NCBI GenBank assembly: GCA_965224245.1
Contig: OZ245046.1
Coordinates: 1,472,001-1,536,000, forward strand
Length of the DNA stretch: 64,000 bases
Reading direction: 5' to 3'
DNA from: Candidatus Eiseniibacteriota bacterium
Lineage (GTDB): Bacteria > Eisenbacteria > RBG-16-71-46 > CAZAMP01
The position numbers were made by a program, and so were the translations under genes. Below, one piece after another: positions 48,606 to 58,225 of the stretch; the stretch's first letter is position 1; the number at the start of each line of letters is the position of its first letter. Below the pieces are notes generated by a model. It made no database searches. It saw only the letters and a list, made by a program, of their open reading frames with translations, and had not been told where the DNA came from.

Positions 48606-50513
48606 GTGTGTGGCATCACGGGCTACTGGAATCTCCGATCGGGTGAGCCGATCTCGCGCGAACGCCTCGTTCGGATGAACGACGTGATGATCCCGCGCGG
48701 GCCGGACGATTCCGGCGTGTTCGTGGACCGCGACTTCGGCATGGCCGCCAGGCGCCTGTCGATCATCGACCTGGACGGCGGACATCAGCCGATCGGCAAC
48801 GAGGACGAGAGCCTCTGGATCGCCTACAACGGCGAGACCTACAACTTCCCGGAGATCCGCGCGCGGCTCCAGAGCCAGGGACACGTGTTCCGGACGCGCA
48901 CCGACACCGAGACCGTCCTCCATCACTACGAGGAGCGGGGGATCCAGTGCGTCGAGGATCTGAACGGCATGTTCGCGTTCTCGATCTTCGATCGGCGGGC
49001 CCGGCGCCTGTTCATCGCGCGCGATCGCGTGGGGATCAAGCCGCTCTTCTACGCCTACGTGAACGGAACGTTCGCGTTCGGCTCGGACATCAAGTCGTTC
49101 ATCGTCGCGCACCCCGAGATGGTCGGCGAGCTGGATCACGACGCGATCCACCACTACCTGTCGCTGAACTACATCCCCGCGCCGGCCACGATCTTCGAGC
49201 ACGTGCGGGTCCTGATGCCCGGTCACGGTCTGACGCTCGACGCCGACGGCGAGCTCGAAATCTTCTCCTACTGGGACGTGACCTACACGCCCGAGGAGCG
49301 GCCGATCGACGCCTACGTGGAGGAGCTCCGGGCGCTGCTCGCCGACTCGGTGCAGAAGCGCCTCCTGGCCGACGTCCCGGTGGGCGTGCTCCTCAGCGGC
49401 GGGCTCGACTCGAGCAGCATCTGCCGGTTCATGGCCGAGCGCCACACGGGGCCGGTGAAGACGTTCTCGGCCCACTTCGCCGAGGAGTCGTTCTCGGAGG
49501 TCCGGTTCGCGCGTCAGGTCGCGGGCCGGCTCGGCACCGAGCACTTCGAGGTCGAGGTAGGCGCCCCGGACGAGGCGTTCATCGTCCGATTGGCCGAGGA
49601 TCTGGGGCAGCCCTACGCGGACTCCAGCATGGTGCCGCTCCGGCACGTGTGCGAGCTGGCGCGCCGGCACGTCAAGGTCGCCCTGTCCGGGGACGGGGGG
49701 GACGAGGTCTTCGCCGGGTACCAGACCTACGCCGCCTACCAAATCGCAAAGGCGTATCGAAAGCTGCCGAGTTTCGTGTCAAACGGACTCATCCGCCCCC
49801 TCGTCGAACGCCTCCCGACCTCGGATCGCAAGATCAGCTTCGAGTACAAGGCGAAGCGGTTCGTGCGGGCCGCCGCGCTGGATCCGGAGGTCGCGCACTA
49901 CGAGTTTAAGGTACTATTCACCGAGGCGGAGAAGGCCGCCTTGTACGGCGCGGCGTTCCGGAATGGACACGACCGACCCGACAGCTTCCAGGTATTCGCC
50001 GACAGGTACCGGGTCAGCCGAGACGGCGGTGAGATGCTCAACCGCCTCCTCTACGTCGATACCAAGGTCTACCTACCCGACGACATCCTGGTCAAAGTCG
50101 ACCGCATGAGCATGGCGAACTCGCTGGAGGCGCGGGTGCCCCTGCTCGATCACCGCGTGATCGAGTTCGCAGCCAGGCTGCCGGCCGGGCTCAAGCAGCA
50201 CGGCAAGGAGGGCAAGTGGCTGTTCAAGCGTGCCATGGACGGGCTGCTGCCGCCCGGCATCGTGCGGCGCAAGAAGGCGGGCTTCAACGTCCCGGCGGCG
50301 CAGTGGCTGAAAGGCCCGCTCCGAGGGCTGGTCGAGGAGCATCTGGGACCGCGCGCGCTGGCCGAGACCGGCGTTTTCGAGCCGGCGACGGTCCGGCGGT
50401 TCGTGACCGCGCACGATGAGGGGTTGGAAGACCGAAGCCGCGAGCTCTTCGGACTTCTGATGTTCCAGGTTTGGCACCGACACGTGTATCAGGAGTCGAG
50501 AGTAGGGATCTGA
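48606..50513 (+). CDS. asnB: Asparagine synthase (glutamine-hydrolysing) family amidotransferase
   Basis: N-terminal MCGI, RRLSIID, NGETYNF, LSGGLDSS, SGDGGDE, SLEARVPLLD. Confidence 0.93.
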   Translation: MCGITGYWNLRSGEPISRERLVRMNDVMIPRGPDDSGVFVDRDFGMAARRLSIIDLDGGHQPIGNEDESLWIAYNGETYNFPEIRARLQSQGHVFRTRTDTETVLHHYEERGIQCVEDLNGMFAFSIFDRRARRLFIARDRVGIKPLFYAYVNGTFAFGSDIKSFIVAHPEMVGELDHDAIHHYLSLNYIPAPATIFEHVRVLMPGHGLTLDADGELEIFSYWDVTYTPEERPIDAYVEELRALLADSVQKRLLADVPVGVLLSGGLDSSSICRFMAERHTGPVKTFSAHFAEESFSEVRFARQVAGRLGTEHFEVEVGAPDEAFIVRLAEDLGQPYADSSMVPLRHVCELARRHVKVALSGDGGDEVFAGYQTYAAYQIAKAYRKLPSFVSNGLIRPLVERLPTSDRKISFEYKAKRFVRAAALDPEVAHYEFKVLFTEAEKAALYGAAFRNGHDRPDSFQVFADRYRVSRDGGEMLNRLLYVDTKVYLPDDILVKVDRMSMANSLEARVPLLDHRVIEFAARLPAGLKQHGKEGKWLFKRAMDGLLPPGIVRRKKAGFNVPAAQWLKGPLRGLVEEHLGPRALAETGVFEPATVRRFVTAHDEGLEDRSRELFGLLMFQVWHRHVYQESRVGI

Positions 50514-50516
50514 AAG

Positions 50517-51257
50517 ATGGAGCGCATTTCAGAGGTTTCACCTGTCCCGGAGACGACCGCGGTGACGTACACCCGAGGCAACCTGGACGAGGACTGGTCC
50601 ACGGCGTACTACATCGTGCGCCGCGCGGCGGCGGTCATGTTCGCGTGTGGCGTCTTGATGGTGTTCATGCCGTTCGTGCTCGTCCTCGCGCTGTTGACGC
50701 GGCTGGAGAGCCCGGGCCCGCTGTTCTATCGCGGCCGGCGCGTCGGCAAGGACGGCAAGGTCTTCACGATGTACAAGCTCCGGACGCTCCGCCACGGGGT
50801 CGAGAGTCAGATCGGAGTACACCTTCTTCAGGAGAACTCCGATCATTTCACCCGGGTGGGACGCATCGTCCGGCGGACCAAGCTGGACGAGATCCCGCAG
50901 TTCTTCAACGTCATCCGCGGCGACATGACGATCATCGGGCCCCGTCCGGTCAGGCCGATTCGCGCGCGCCTGTTCCTGAAGACGATCCCGGGGTTTCGGC
51001 AGGTCCTGCAGGTGAAGCCCGGGATCTCCGGCTTGTCGCAGATCATGGCGGACTACTACGATCCCGCCGAACGCAAGTTCGAGTACGACCTGGAGTACAT
51101 CCGCAACCGGAGCCTCTGGCTGGACGTCAAGCTCGTCATTCTGACGGCCGTGCGGGTCCCGATCGCGGCCGTGCGCTACCTGGCCGGCCGCCTCGCGGGC
51201 GAGGACGAGGGACAGCAAGAGACGCAGACGCACGCCGAGGTGCACGGACCACGCTAG
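50517..51257 (+). CDS. Priming sugar-1-phosphate transferase (bacterial sugar transferase)
   Basis: RVGKDGKVFTMYKLRT, LDEIPQFFNV..GDMTIIGPRP, KPGISG, DLEYI. Confidence 0.92.
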   Translation: MERISEVSPVPETTAVTYTRGNLDEDWSTAYYIVRRAAAVMFACGVLMVFMPFVLVLALLTRLESPGPLFYRGRRVGKDGKVFTMYKLRTLRHGVESQIGVHLLQENSDHFTRVGRIVRRTKLDEIPQFFNVIRGDMTIIGPRPVRPIRARLFLKTIPGFRQVLQVKPGISGLSQIMADYYDPAERKFEYDLEYIRNRSLWLDVKLVILTAVRVPIAAVRYLAGRLAGEDEGQQETQTHAEVHGPR

Positions 51258-51311
51258 AGCACCTTGGGTACGCCGCGGCGGCACGCTGAGGGAGCTGAGG
51301 AGACGTCACGA

Positions 51312-53450
51312 ATGGAGAAGAAGGACCACGGCACGCTCGGCGCGTACATCGATCTGTTCCTGCGCCGCAAGCTGCTGTTCCTCGCGATCTTCGCGGTGCT
51401 GTTCGGCGTACTGGGTGCCGGCGCACTGTCGGTCAAGTCGTCGTATCGGGCCAGGAGTCTCCTGGCGATCGGCGAGTCCGAGCCGCTGGGCCTGCTGCAC
51501 TCGGGCGTCCAGGCTCGCAATCGGGCCAAGCCGGCCAGCGCATCGCTCTCCGGAAAGACGTACGCGACGATCGTGCAGGGGCTGCCCATGTCCGCGGCGG
51601 TCGCCGACCGCCTGAGCTCCGACTCGCTCCAGGTCTCGGGCGAGTTCATTCACCGGGCCGTCAGCGCCGAGTTCTTCGAGCCCGAGGTGCTGGAGATCCG
51701 CGCCACCGCCAAGGACCCCGAGCACGCGAAGGTGATCGCCAACGCGGCCGCGATGGAGTTCGTCGAGTACAACCGCGAGCAGATCCGGAGCGAGATGCAG
51801 GAGTCGGCCAACTTCGTCCTGCGCGAGCTGGAGCAGGTCAGCCACGAGCTGGCCTCCATCAACAACGAGATCAACGAGTTCAAGGAGCGCGAGCAGGTCA
51901 CCGACCTGGACGTCGAGGTCGAGGAGCTCCTGGGCGCGGTGGTCCAGTTCGAGAAGGACAAGCGCAAGGCGGAGGCCGATCGGGCCGAGCAGGCCGCGCG
52001 CCGGGACGAGATCGAGGCCATGCTGTTCGGCCAGACCGACGTCGCGATGAGCCCGCTCGAGAACCCGAGCGTCCGCGCGCTCTCCGAGCGCTACGGCGAG
52101 CTCTCCGGTGAGCTCGAGATCGCCCGGGCCGAGTACGGTCCCGACCACCCGCGTCGCCAGCTGCTCGAGCGGCAGGTCGAGCGCGCGCGGTCGCAGCTGG
52201 AGGCGGCGGCGGCCGAGCCGATCCCGGGCACGGCGGTCACCGAGTCCGCCTACTACACGGCGCTACGCTCCAACCTGACCCAGACGCTGGTCGCGCTGAC
52301 CGGCCTCGACGCGCGCATCGGCGCGCTCCAGCGGGCGATCGACCAGGGACGCCAGCAGCTCTCGGCGCTCCCGCCCAAGCAGTTCGAGCTGCGCGGGCTC
52401 CAGCTGCGCGAGAGCGTGACCGAGGACAAGTACCGTCGTCTGCTGGAGCGCCTCGAGGAGATGGAGGTTGAGATCGAGGGCATCCAGGGCAACGCCACCA
52501 TTCTCGACCTGGCGGTGCGCGCCAGGCCGGCGGTGTCCCGTGCGATGCTCCTGATCTACGTCGCGCTCCTGAGCCTTCTGGGTGCGGTCGCGGGCGTTCT
52601 GACCATCGAGTATCGCGACAACACGATCAAGTCTCCGGAGATCATCTCCAACGTGCTCCAGATGACGAACTTCGGCTTCGTGCCCCGCATCCAGGGCATG
52701 GGGCGCAAGTGGTTCGCCGAGGAGTCGCTGCACGATCACGCGTTCGAGCACTACCGCAAGCTGAGGGCCAACGTGCGCTTCTCGTCGGTCAAGAAGCCGA
52801 TACGCTGCATGATGGTGACCAGCTCGTCTCCGGGCGAGGGCAAGTCCTCGACGATCGCGAACCTCGCGGTCGCGCTGGCGCAGATGGATCAGAAGATTCT
52901 CCTCGTCGACACCGACCTCCGGCGCCCGAACATCTGGCGCCTGTTCGAGGTCGAGACCTCGCCGGGCGTGACCGACGTCCTCACCGGGCAGAGAGCGCTC
53001 TCGGAGGTGATCAAGTCGTCGGGCATCCCGAACCTCGACCTGCTGACGTCCGGACCCATCCCGCCGAACCCGGCCGAGCTGTTCGAGTCCGAGCAGATGG
53101 ACGCGCTCGTCGAGACGCTTCGCGAGCACTCCGGCTACGACATGGTGCTGTTCGACTCGGCGCCCACGCTCCTGACCACCGACACACCGGTGCTGGCGGC
53201 GAAGATGGACGGCGTGCTGGTCGTGCTGGAGGCCGGCCGCACCACCGAGGAGCAGGGCCTGATGACCAAGGAGATGCTCACGAACTCCGGCGCGCGCGTG
53301 CTCGGCGCGGTGCTCAACAAGGCGCGCTCGTCGTCCAGCGGGTACTACTACTACGGCGCCGGCCAGAACGGCGATCGACGGCCGTCCAGCAACGGCGGCT
53401 TCATGGGCAGCCTGAAGAACCTCGGCGAGAAGATCGGCATCGGAGGCTGA
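51312..53450 (+). CDS. Wzc-like polysaccharide co-polymerase / tyrosine autokinase
   Basis: Two TMs flanking coiled coil, Walker A SSSPGEGKS, DTDLRRP, C-terminal Tyr cluster GYYYYG. Confidence 0.92.
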   Translation: MEKKDHGTLGAYIDLFLRRKLLFLAIFAVLFGVLGAGALSVKSSYRARSLLAIGESEPLGLLHSGVQARNRAKPASASLSGKTYATIVQGLPMSAAVADRLSSDSLQVSGEFIHRAVSAEFFEPEVLEIRATAKDPEHAKVIANAAAMEFVEYNREQIRSEMQESANFVLRELEQVSHELASINNEINEFKEREQVTDLDVEVEELLGAVVQFEKDKRKAEADRAEQAARRDEIEAMLFGQTDVAMSPLENPSVRALSERYGELSGELEIARAEYGPDHPRRQLLERQVERARSQLEAAAAEPIPGTAVTESAYYTALRSNLTQTLVALTGLDARIGALQRAIDQGRQQLSALPPKQFELRGLQLRESVTEDKYRRLLERLEEMEVEIEGIQGNATILDLAVRARPAVSRAMLLIYVALLSLLGAVAGVLTIEYRDNTIKSPEIISNVLQMTNFGFVPRIQGMGRKWFAEESLHDHAFEHYRKLRANVRFSSVKKPIRCMMVTSSSPGEGKSSTIANLAVALAQMDQKILLVDTDLRRPNIWRLFEVETSPGVTDVLTGQRALSEVIKSSGIPNLDLLTSGPIPPNPAELFESEQMDALVETLREHSGYDMVLFDSAPTLLTTDTPVLAAKMDGVLVVLEAGRTTEEQGLMTKEMLTNSGARVLGAVLNKARSSSSGYYYYGAGQNGDRRPSSNGGFMGSLKNLGEKIGIGG

Positions 53451-53545
53451 TCGGACACTCGACCACGAGGGTCAGAACCGTCGTCACGGGTGGAGGGTCG
53501 CGCACCCCGCGCTTCCTTCACCCGTTACTCGTCAGGGAGCGATCG

Positions 53546-55438
53546 ATGTCCTCACCAGACCGCGGAGCCCTGCTCGTCCGTGGAGCCCCGCTCTTCGTCC
53601 TGTCCTCACTGGTTGCCGCCGCGCTCGCCTTCGCGGGCGAGGAGCCGGCGAGCCCGCTCGGCGTCGTCGACAAGGAGCTCTTCGACGACGCCGCCGAGGT
53701 CGGAAGCGGGTGGATGCGCGAGCACATCGTGTGGAAGTACTTCGAGACGACCGATGGGGTGTTCAGCCCCGGTGGCTACGACTTCGATCTCTCGAACATG
53801 GAGTCGCGGGGCATCCGCATGAGCCCCGTCCTCGTCACCGGCCTAGGGTGGGCCACGCATCAGGCGGGCGACGCCTGGGATCCCGGCGACGATCCGGACT
53901 CCTACCCCGACGCGCCGTCGCGCGCCCCCAACGACCTGTCGTCCACCTACGACGCGACCCACGCATACAGCGCCACGTACTACGACTTCGTCTACACGTT
54001 CGTCCAGACCTTCGGGGACCGGATCGATCGAATCACCATCGAGAACGAGGTGAACGCAGCCAACTTCTGGGAGGACTCGGCCGAGGAGTACCTGCGTCTC
54101 CTCGTGACCGCCCGCAAGGCGGCGCGGGACGCGAACCCGTCGGTGATGGTCTTCGACAGCGGCATGGGCTCCGGCTCCTGGGGCGTGGCCATCGCCGAGA
54201 GCCGGTACGATGCCGGCACGTGGGCCTGGAACGTCGCGTTGAACTTCATCCGGGACTACTACGAGCGCGACGTCTACGTGCGCTCGGGGTTTCCCCAGAT
54301 CTACACGATCTCGACGCCGGCGGGTCTGGAGGCGTTCTTCGACAACGCGGCCGTCGTGGAGAACAACCACCGTGTGGGGACGGTCCTGACCGGGCTCTAC
54401 TCGGCCGAGCTCGGTGACATGCTCGTGGACGGGCTCAACTTCAAGTTCACGGGCGAGCCGTGGCATCTCGGCGAGGTCATCTCGTGGATCGACGAGATGA
54501 TCGCGAGCGTTCCCCAGCAATCCCCGGTCGACGTCAAGGTCAACAACGAGGCGTCCAACTGGTGTCGCGACTTCTCAGACTTCGACGCCGGCAACAACGT
54601 CTGCGCCACGATGCCGGGCGACGAGCGCCCCTCGGCGTCGGAGATGGTGCAGAAGATCATGCGCGGCTTCGAGGTGGGTGTCGACCAGAACCTCTGGTTC
54701 CCGTTCTCGAACTGCCTTCCCGGCAACTGCCCGATCGGAAACGAACCGACGCCGCGGCTGGGTCTGATCGACTACGAGGGGAATCGCACCGAGTCGTTCG
54801 ACGCGTTCCAGAGGCTCGCACGCTTCGTGGGCCCGAGCCGCGTCTTCGATGCGTCGGACGAGGCCGGTGACGTCGTGCGCGTCGGGTTTCGCGAGGTGGT
54901 CACCGACCGCGTCGACGTGCACGTCCTGTGGTGGGACAACGGCGGGCACGGTGCCGGCACGGCCGACGCCGTCCTCGCGGCGCCGCTGGGGACCGTCGTG
55001 GCGAGACAGTACACCGCGGACGGAGATTCACTGGAGCTGGTCGTGGACGGTGGAGAGGTGACCGCATCGGTGACCGAGGCGCCCTCCATCGTGTACTTCG
55101 ACGACGGCGTCACGCCCATCCAGTGGCCACTCGATCCGGTCGTGGGGCCGGTGCCTCCGGCGGTGCGGCTGTCGGCACCCGCTCCCAATCCGGCCCCGGG
55201 CTGGACGCGCGTGCGCTTCGGGCTTCCCGCGGGCGGCACCCCGGCGCGCGTGGCGGTCTACGACGTGGCCGGGCGTGAGCTCGCGGTGCTCGTCGACGGA
55301 ACGCTCGACGGGGGCACCTACACCGTGCGGTGGGACGGACGCGATCGAGACGGCCGGGTCGTCGCCGAGGGCGTCTATGTCGTCCGGTTGACCACCCCGT
55401 CGGGAGGCGAGGTACGAAAGCTCGTCCTCGCCCGCTGA
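53546..55438 (+). CDS. Secreted glycoside hydrolase-like protein with C-terminal FlgD-Ig/T9SS-like domain
   Basis: Signal peptide; ITIENEVN and YLRLL..ARDANP resemble clan GH-A; C-terminal PNP..VYDVAGR..WDGRDRDG..GVYVVRL. Confidence 0.7.
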   Translation: MSSPDRGALLVRGAPLFVLSSLVAAALAFAGEEPASPLGVVDKELFDDAAEVGSGWMREHIVWKYFETTDGVFSPGGYDFDLSNMESRGIRMSPVLVTGLGWATHQAGDAWDPGDDPDSYPDAPSRAPNDLSSTYDATHAYSATYYDFVYTFVQTFGDRIDRITIENEVNAANFWEDSAEEYLRLLVTARKAARDANPSVMVFDSGMGSGSWGVAIAESRYDAGTWAWNVALNFIRDYYERDVYVRSGFPQIYTISTPAGLEAFFDNAAVVENNHRVGTVLTGLYSAELGDMLVDGLNFKFTGEPWHLGEVISWIDEMIASVPQQSPVDVKVNNEASNWCRDFSDFDAGNNVCATMPGDERPSASEMVQKIMRGFEVGVDQNLWFPFSNCLPGNCPIGNEPTPRLGLIDYEGNRTESFDAFQRLARFVGPSRVFDASDEAGDVVRVGFREVVTDRVDVHVLWWDNGGHGAGTADAVLAAPLGTVVARQYTADGDSLELVVDGGEVTASVTEAPSIVYFDDGVTPIQWPLDPVVGPVPPAVRLSAPAPNPAPGWTRVRFGLPAGGTPARVAVYDVAGRELAVLVDGTLDGGTYTVRWDGRDRDGRVVAEGVYVVRLTTPSGGEVRKLVLAR

Positions 55439-55468
55439 TATGGAACGGCCTTTGTCAAGGAACGAAGA

Positions 55469-55626
55469 GAGGGAGGAGCGGTTGTCGACGATCATCAGGC
55501 TGATATTCGCGGGTCGGAACCGCATTGGCCATGACTCGTCTGGGACTGCCTCTTTCTAGGAGCGCGGGTCGACTCGGGGTCGCCGCGTAACGTAGTCGAG
55601 GATCTCCCTGTCGATGCTCCTCCCTC
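55469..55626 (-). ncRNA. Candidate IS110/IS1111 bridge (seek) RNA
   Basis: Non-coding region downstream of the transposase closed by 11-bp stem GAGGGAGGAGC/GCTCCTCCCTC; contains copies of both element-end sequences. Confidence 0.55.
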
Positions 55627-55646
55627 GCATACCGAACGTGAGCTCC

Positions 55647-56740
55647 TCAGCTAGGCTGGGGAGCCGCTTCTTTCATCACCGCCCACACGAAGCCGGCGAG
55701 CTCTCTGGCGACGGCCGTGACGGCGACGTTCGCAGGCTGAGGCGATAGAACCGCTTGCTGAGTCGGTGCTGAGCCTTGACGGCGATGCCCACGATGCCCG
55801 GCGGCTGCCCTTGCCGTCGACGGTTGAGGATGAGGTTGGCGCCGCTACGGTGATGGTTGTTCCAGGCGGCTTCGACGAGCACGCGGCGGACGTGTCCGTT
55901 GCCGGTCTTGGTGATGGGACCTCGACGTTCACGCTCTCCGCTCGATCGTTCGCTGGGCACCAGTCCGATCCAGGCCATCAAGGCCTGAGGGGAGCGGAAG
56001 CGATGGATGTCACCGATCTCGGTGGCGAGCGTCATGGCCGTGAGGGTCTTCACGCCTCGCAGACACTGCAGTGCCTCGACCGTCGGTCGGTAGGGCTCGC
56101 GGGCGGCGATCCGATCGATCTCGGCATCGAGTGCACCGAGCTGGGTCTCCAGATACTCGAGATGTTCGAGCTCGACGGCCAGGCACATCCCCTGGGGACC
56201 GTCGAGCCGTGTTCGGAGCGTGCTGAGCCAGGCCCGATGCTTCTTCGTCCAGTTGCTCTTGGTTCCCCGGAAGACGTGTCCCTGCGCGAGCAGCATGCCG
56301 TTGATCCGGTACTTGGTGCGGGTGACCTGACGCTGGTAGGCCAGGCGGAGACGGACCACCGAGCGCACGGCCTCCTGCTCCTCGCTGGGGACCTGCACCG
56401 GGGTGAGATGGCCTCCGCGGTAGAGTCGAGCCAGGCGGATGGCATCGAGACGATCGGTCTTGCGCCGATCACCAACCTTGCGCGGGATCAACGTCGGGGC
56501 GATGACCTCGCAGGTGTACCCATCGTCGGCCAGCACCCGGTGCACGACGAAGCCGGCCCCGGAGGCCTCGTAGCAGGACCGGACGGTCCCGCGCGTCGAA
56601 AGGCGGCCGAACAATCGCCGGAGCTTCATGAGATCCGCGGGCAGCTTGACCACTTCGGCGTCCGGGTTGTCGCCGTCGAGGATCGCGGCGGTGATCGAGT
56701 TCTTGTGCACGTCGAGACCGACCCAGATAATCGGATCCAC
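55647..56740 (-). pseudogene. IS110 transposase/recombinase with C-terminal frameshift near 55730
   Basis: WVGLDVHK, CYEASG, KTDRLDA, ERSSG, ITKTGN intact; family tail NVAVTAVARELAGFVWA lies in another frame ending at 55647, main frame stops at 55676. Confidence 0.8.
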
Positions 56741-56838
56741 GGCTGGACCTCCTCTTGTGTTGTGACCTCGTCGTCACATGTGGCTCTGATCTGCCGATCA
56801 ACCCACGATATCAACGAGGTCCAGCCGTTCCATAGGTT

Positions 56839-58110
56839 CTAGGCGGGGGTCGGAGGACGCGTGCCGCCGCTCCCGGTCACGGCCAGCCCCAGCATGCAGC
56901 CGGTGACCGGGGCGCAGAAGCTGGGCACGGCCAGCCCCGCGACGCCGATCGCGATCACGGTCGCGGCGATCGCGACCGACGTGTTCGATCGGCGGGTGCG
57001 CCACAGGTCACGGAGGACCAGCGCGAGGCTGACCAGCATGGCCAGCGTGAGCCCGACGCCGCCCTGGAGCGTCCACTGGAGATACTGATTGTGGATGAAG
57101 TGGTGCCGCGGAGCGTCGGGGTCGCCGTGCGGGATACGAAACGACGCGCCGAAGCCGTACCCGATCGGGCGCTCGAGCGCGTACGGGATGACGCCGCGCC
57201 ACTCGTCGACGCGGGTCTGCATCGTCGCGGCCTGGGCGGGGTGTGCCAGCTCGGCGGAGCGCTGTCGCACGGCGTCGCCGTTCAGCCCCACGGCCACCGT
57301 GAGCGCGACTCCGCCCGCGATGCACACGGCGGTGGCCGCGGTCGCGATCGCGGCGCGCCGCCACCGGGTCGTGGCCACGGCGCCCAGGGCCACGGTGATC
57401 CCGATCACGTAGCTGAGCCAGTACGTGCGCTTGTACGTCAGTACGAGCGCGGCGGCCAGGATCAGCGCCGAGGCGGCACGGGCCGGCGTCACGCGCTCGG
57501 CCAGACGCAGCGTCACGATCGCGAGCGGGAGATGTGGAAACGCGAAGTCGCTCTGGATCTGGACACCGCCGTCGTCGAGCACGGCGCCCACCAGCCACAC
57601 CAGCCGCCCGTTCTCTCCGCTCGCGTACGAGATCTGAAGCAGGACCAGCGCCATGGCGGCCGCCATCACGACGTAGGCGTCGAGGATCCGATCGACCCAG
57701 GCGGCTGGAATCAGCCGGCGCGTGGCGTAGTACGCGAGGGGGATCACGATCACGTAGTGGTAGGCGTCGGCGGCCAGCCACGATCGCCCGTGGCCGTTGG
57801 CCGCGCCTCCGATCGCGGCCAGGAGGGCCAGAAGCCCGGCCACGAGCATGCCCCGATCGGCGCCGCGAGACGGCCACCGCGGACGGTGGGGTGCCCGGAC
57901 GACGGCGGCCGCGGCCAGGAGCAGGATGGTCCCGCCGAGCCCGATCGCCTGCACCTCGGGGCGATACGTCCACAGGGGGGCGGTCAGGGTGGCGGCCAGA
58001 AACGCGGCAACGCCCCAAAGTGGACGCCGGAACGTGACGAAAACGATGAGGAGGGCCAACGCCGCGCATACCCACGCGCCGCCGTCGGCGAACAGCAGTC
58101 CGGCTTCCAT
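56839..58110 (-). CDS. O-antigen ligase / Wzy_C family membrane protein
   Basis: Multi-TM, LTYKRTYW, RVDEW..PIGYGFG..HNQYLQ. Confidence 0.8.
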   Translation of the reverse strand: MEAGLLFADGGAWVCAALALLIVFVTFRRPLWGVAAFLAATLTAPLWTYRPEVQAIGLGGTILLLAAAAVVRAPHRPRWPSRGADRGMLVAGLLALLAAIGGAANGHGRSWLAADAYHYVIVIPLAYYATRRLIPAAWVDRILDAYVVMAAAMALVLLQISYASGENGRLVWLVGAVLDDGGVQIQSDFAFPHLPLAIVTLRLAERVTPARAASALILAAALVLTYKRTYWLSYVIGITVALGAVATTRWRRAAIATAATAVCIAGGVALTVAVGLNGDAVRQRSAELAHPAQAATMQTRVDEWRGVIPYALERPIGYGFGASFRIPHGDPDAPRHHFIHNQYLQWTLQGGVGLTLAMLVSLALVLRDLWRTRRSNTSVAIAATVIAIGVAGLAVPSFCAPVTGCMLGLAVTGSGGTRPPTPA

Positions 58111-58225
58111 GACTGTCTCCGCGGTTGCGATCGAGGCGCCGCATTCTCGGCGTCGGACCTCGCGAAGTCAACGTCACGACCCGTGACGCCCCGTTGGATC
58201 GCGTGAGGGGAGTGAGCGACCCACG

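Larger units (their letters stand above)
55435..56840 (-). mobile_element. IS110 family insertion sequence (IS1111-type, sub-terminal inverted repeats)
   Basis: 11-bp IRs TATGGAACGGC (55439-55449) and GCCGTTCCATA (56824-56834); CT dinucleotide at both boundaries (55435-55436, 56839-56840); contains DEDD transposase. Confidence 0.85.

Noticed and set aside
42527-50513. Lasso peptide cluster (AsnB-like cyclase plus HprK-like kinase)
   Set aside because: AsnB keeps the N-terminal Cys glutaminase domain, no precursor, PqqD/RRE or transglutaminase-like peptidase was seen, and the context is polysaccharide synthesis.
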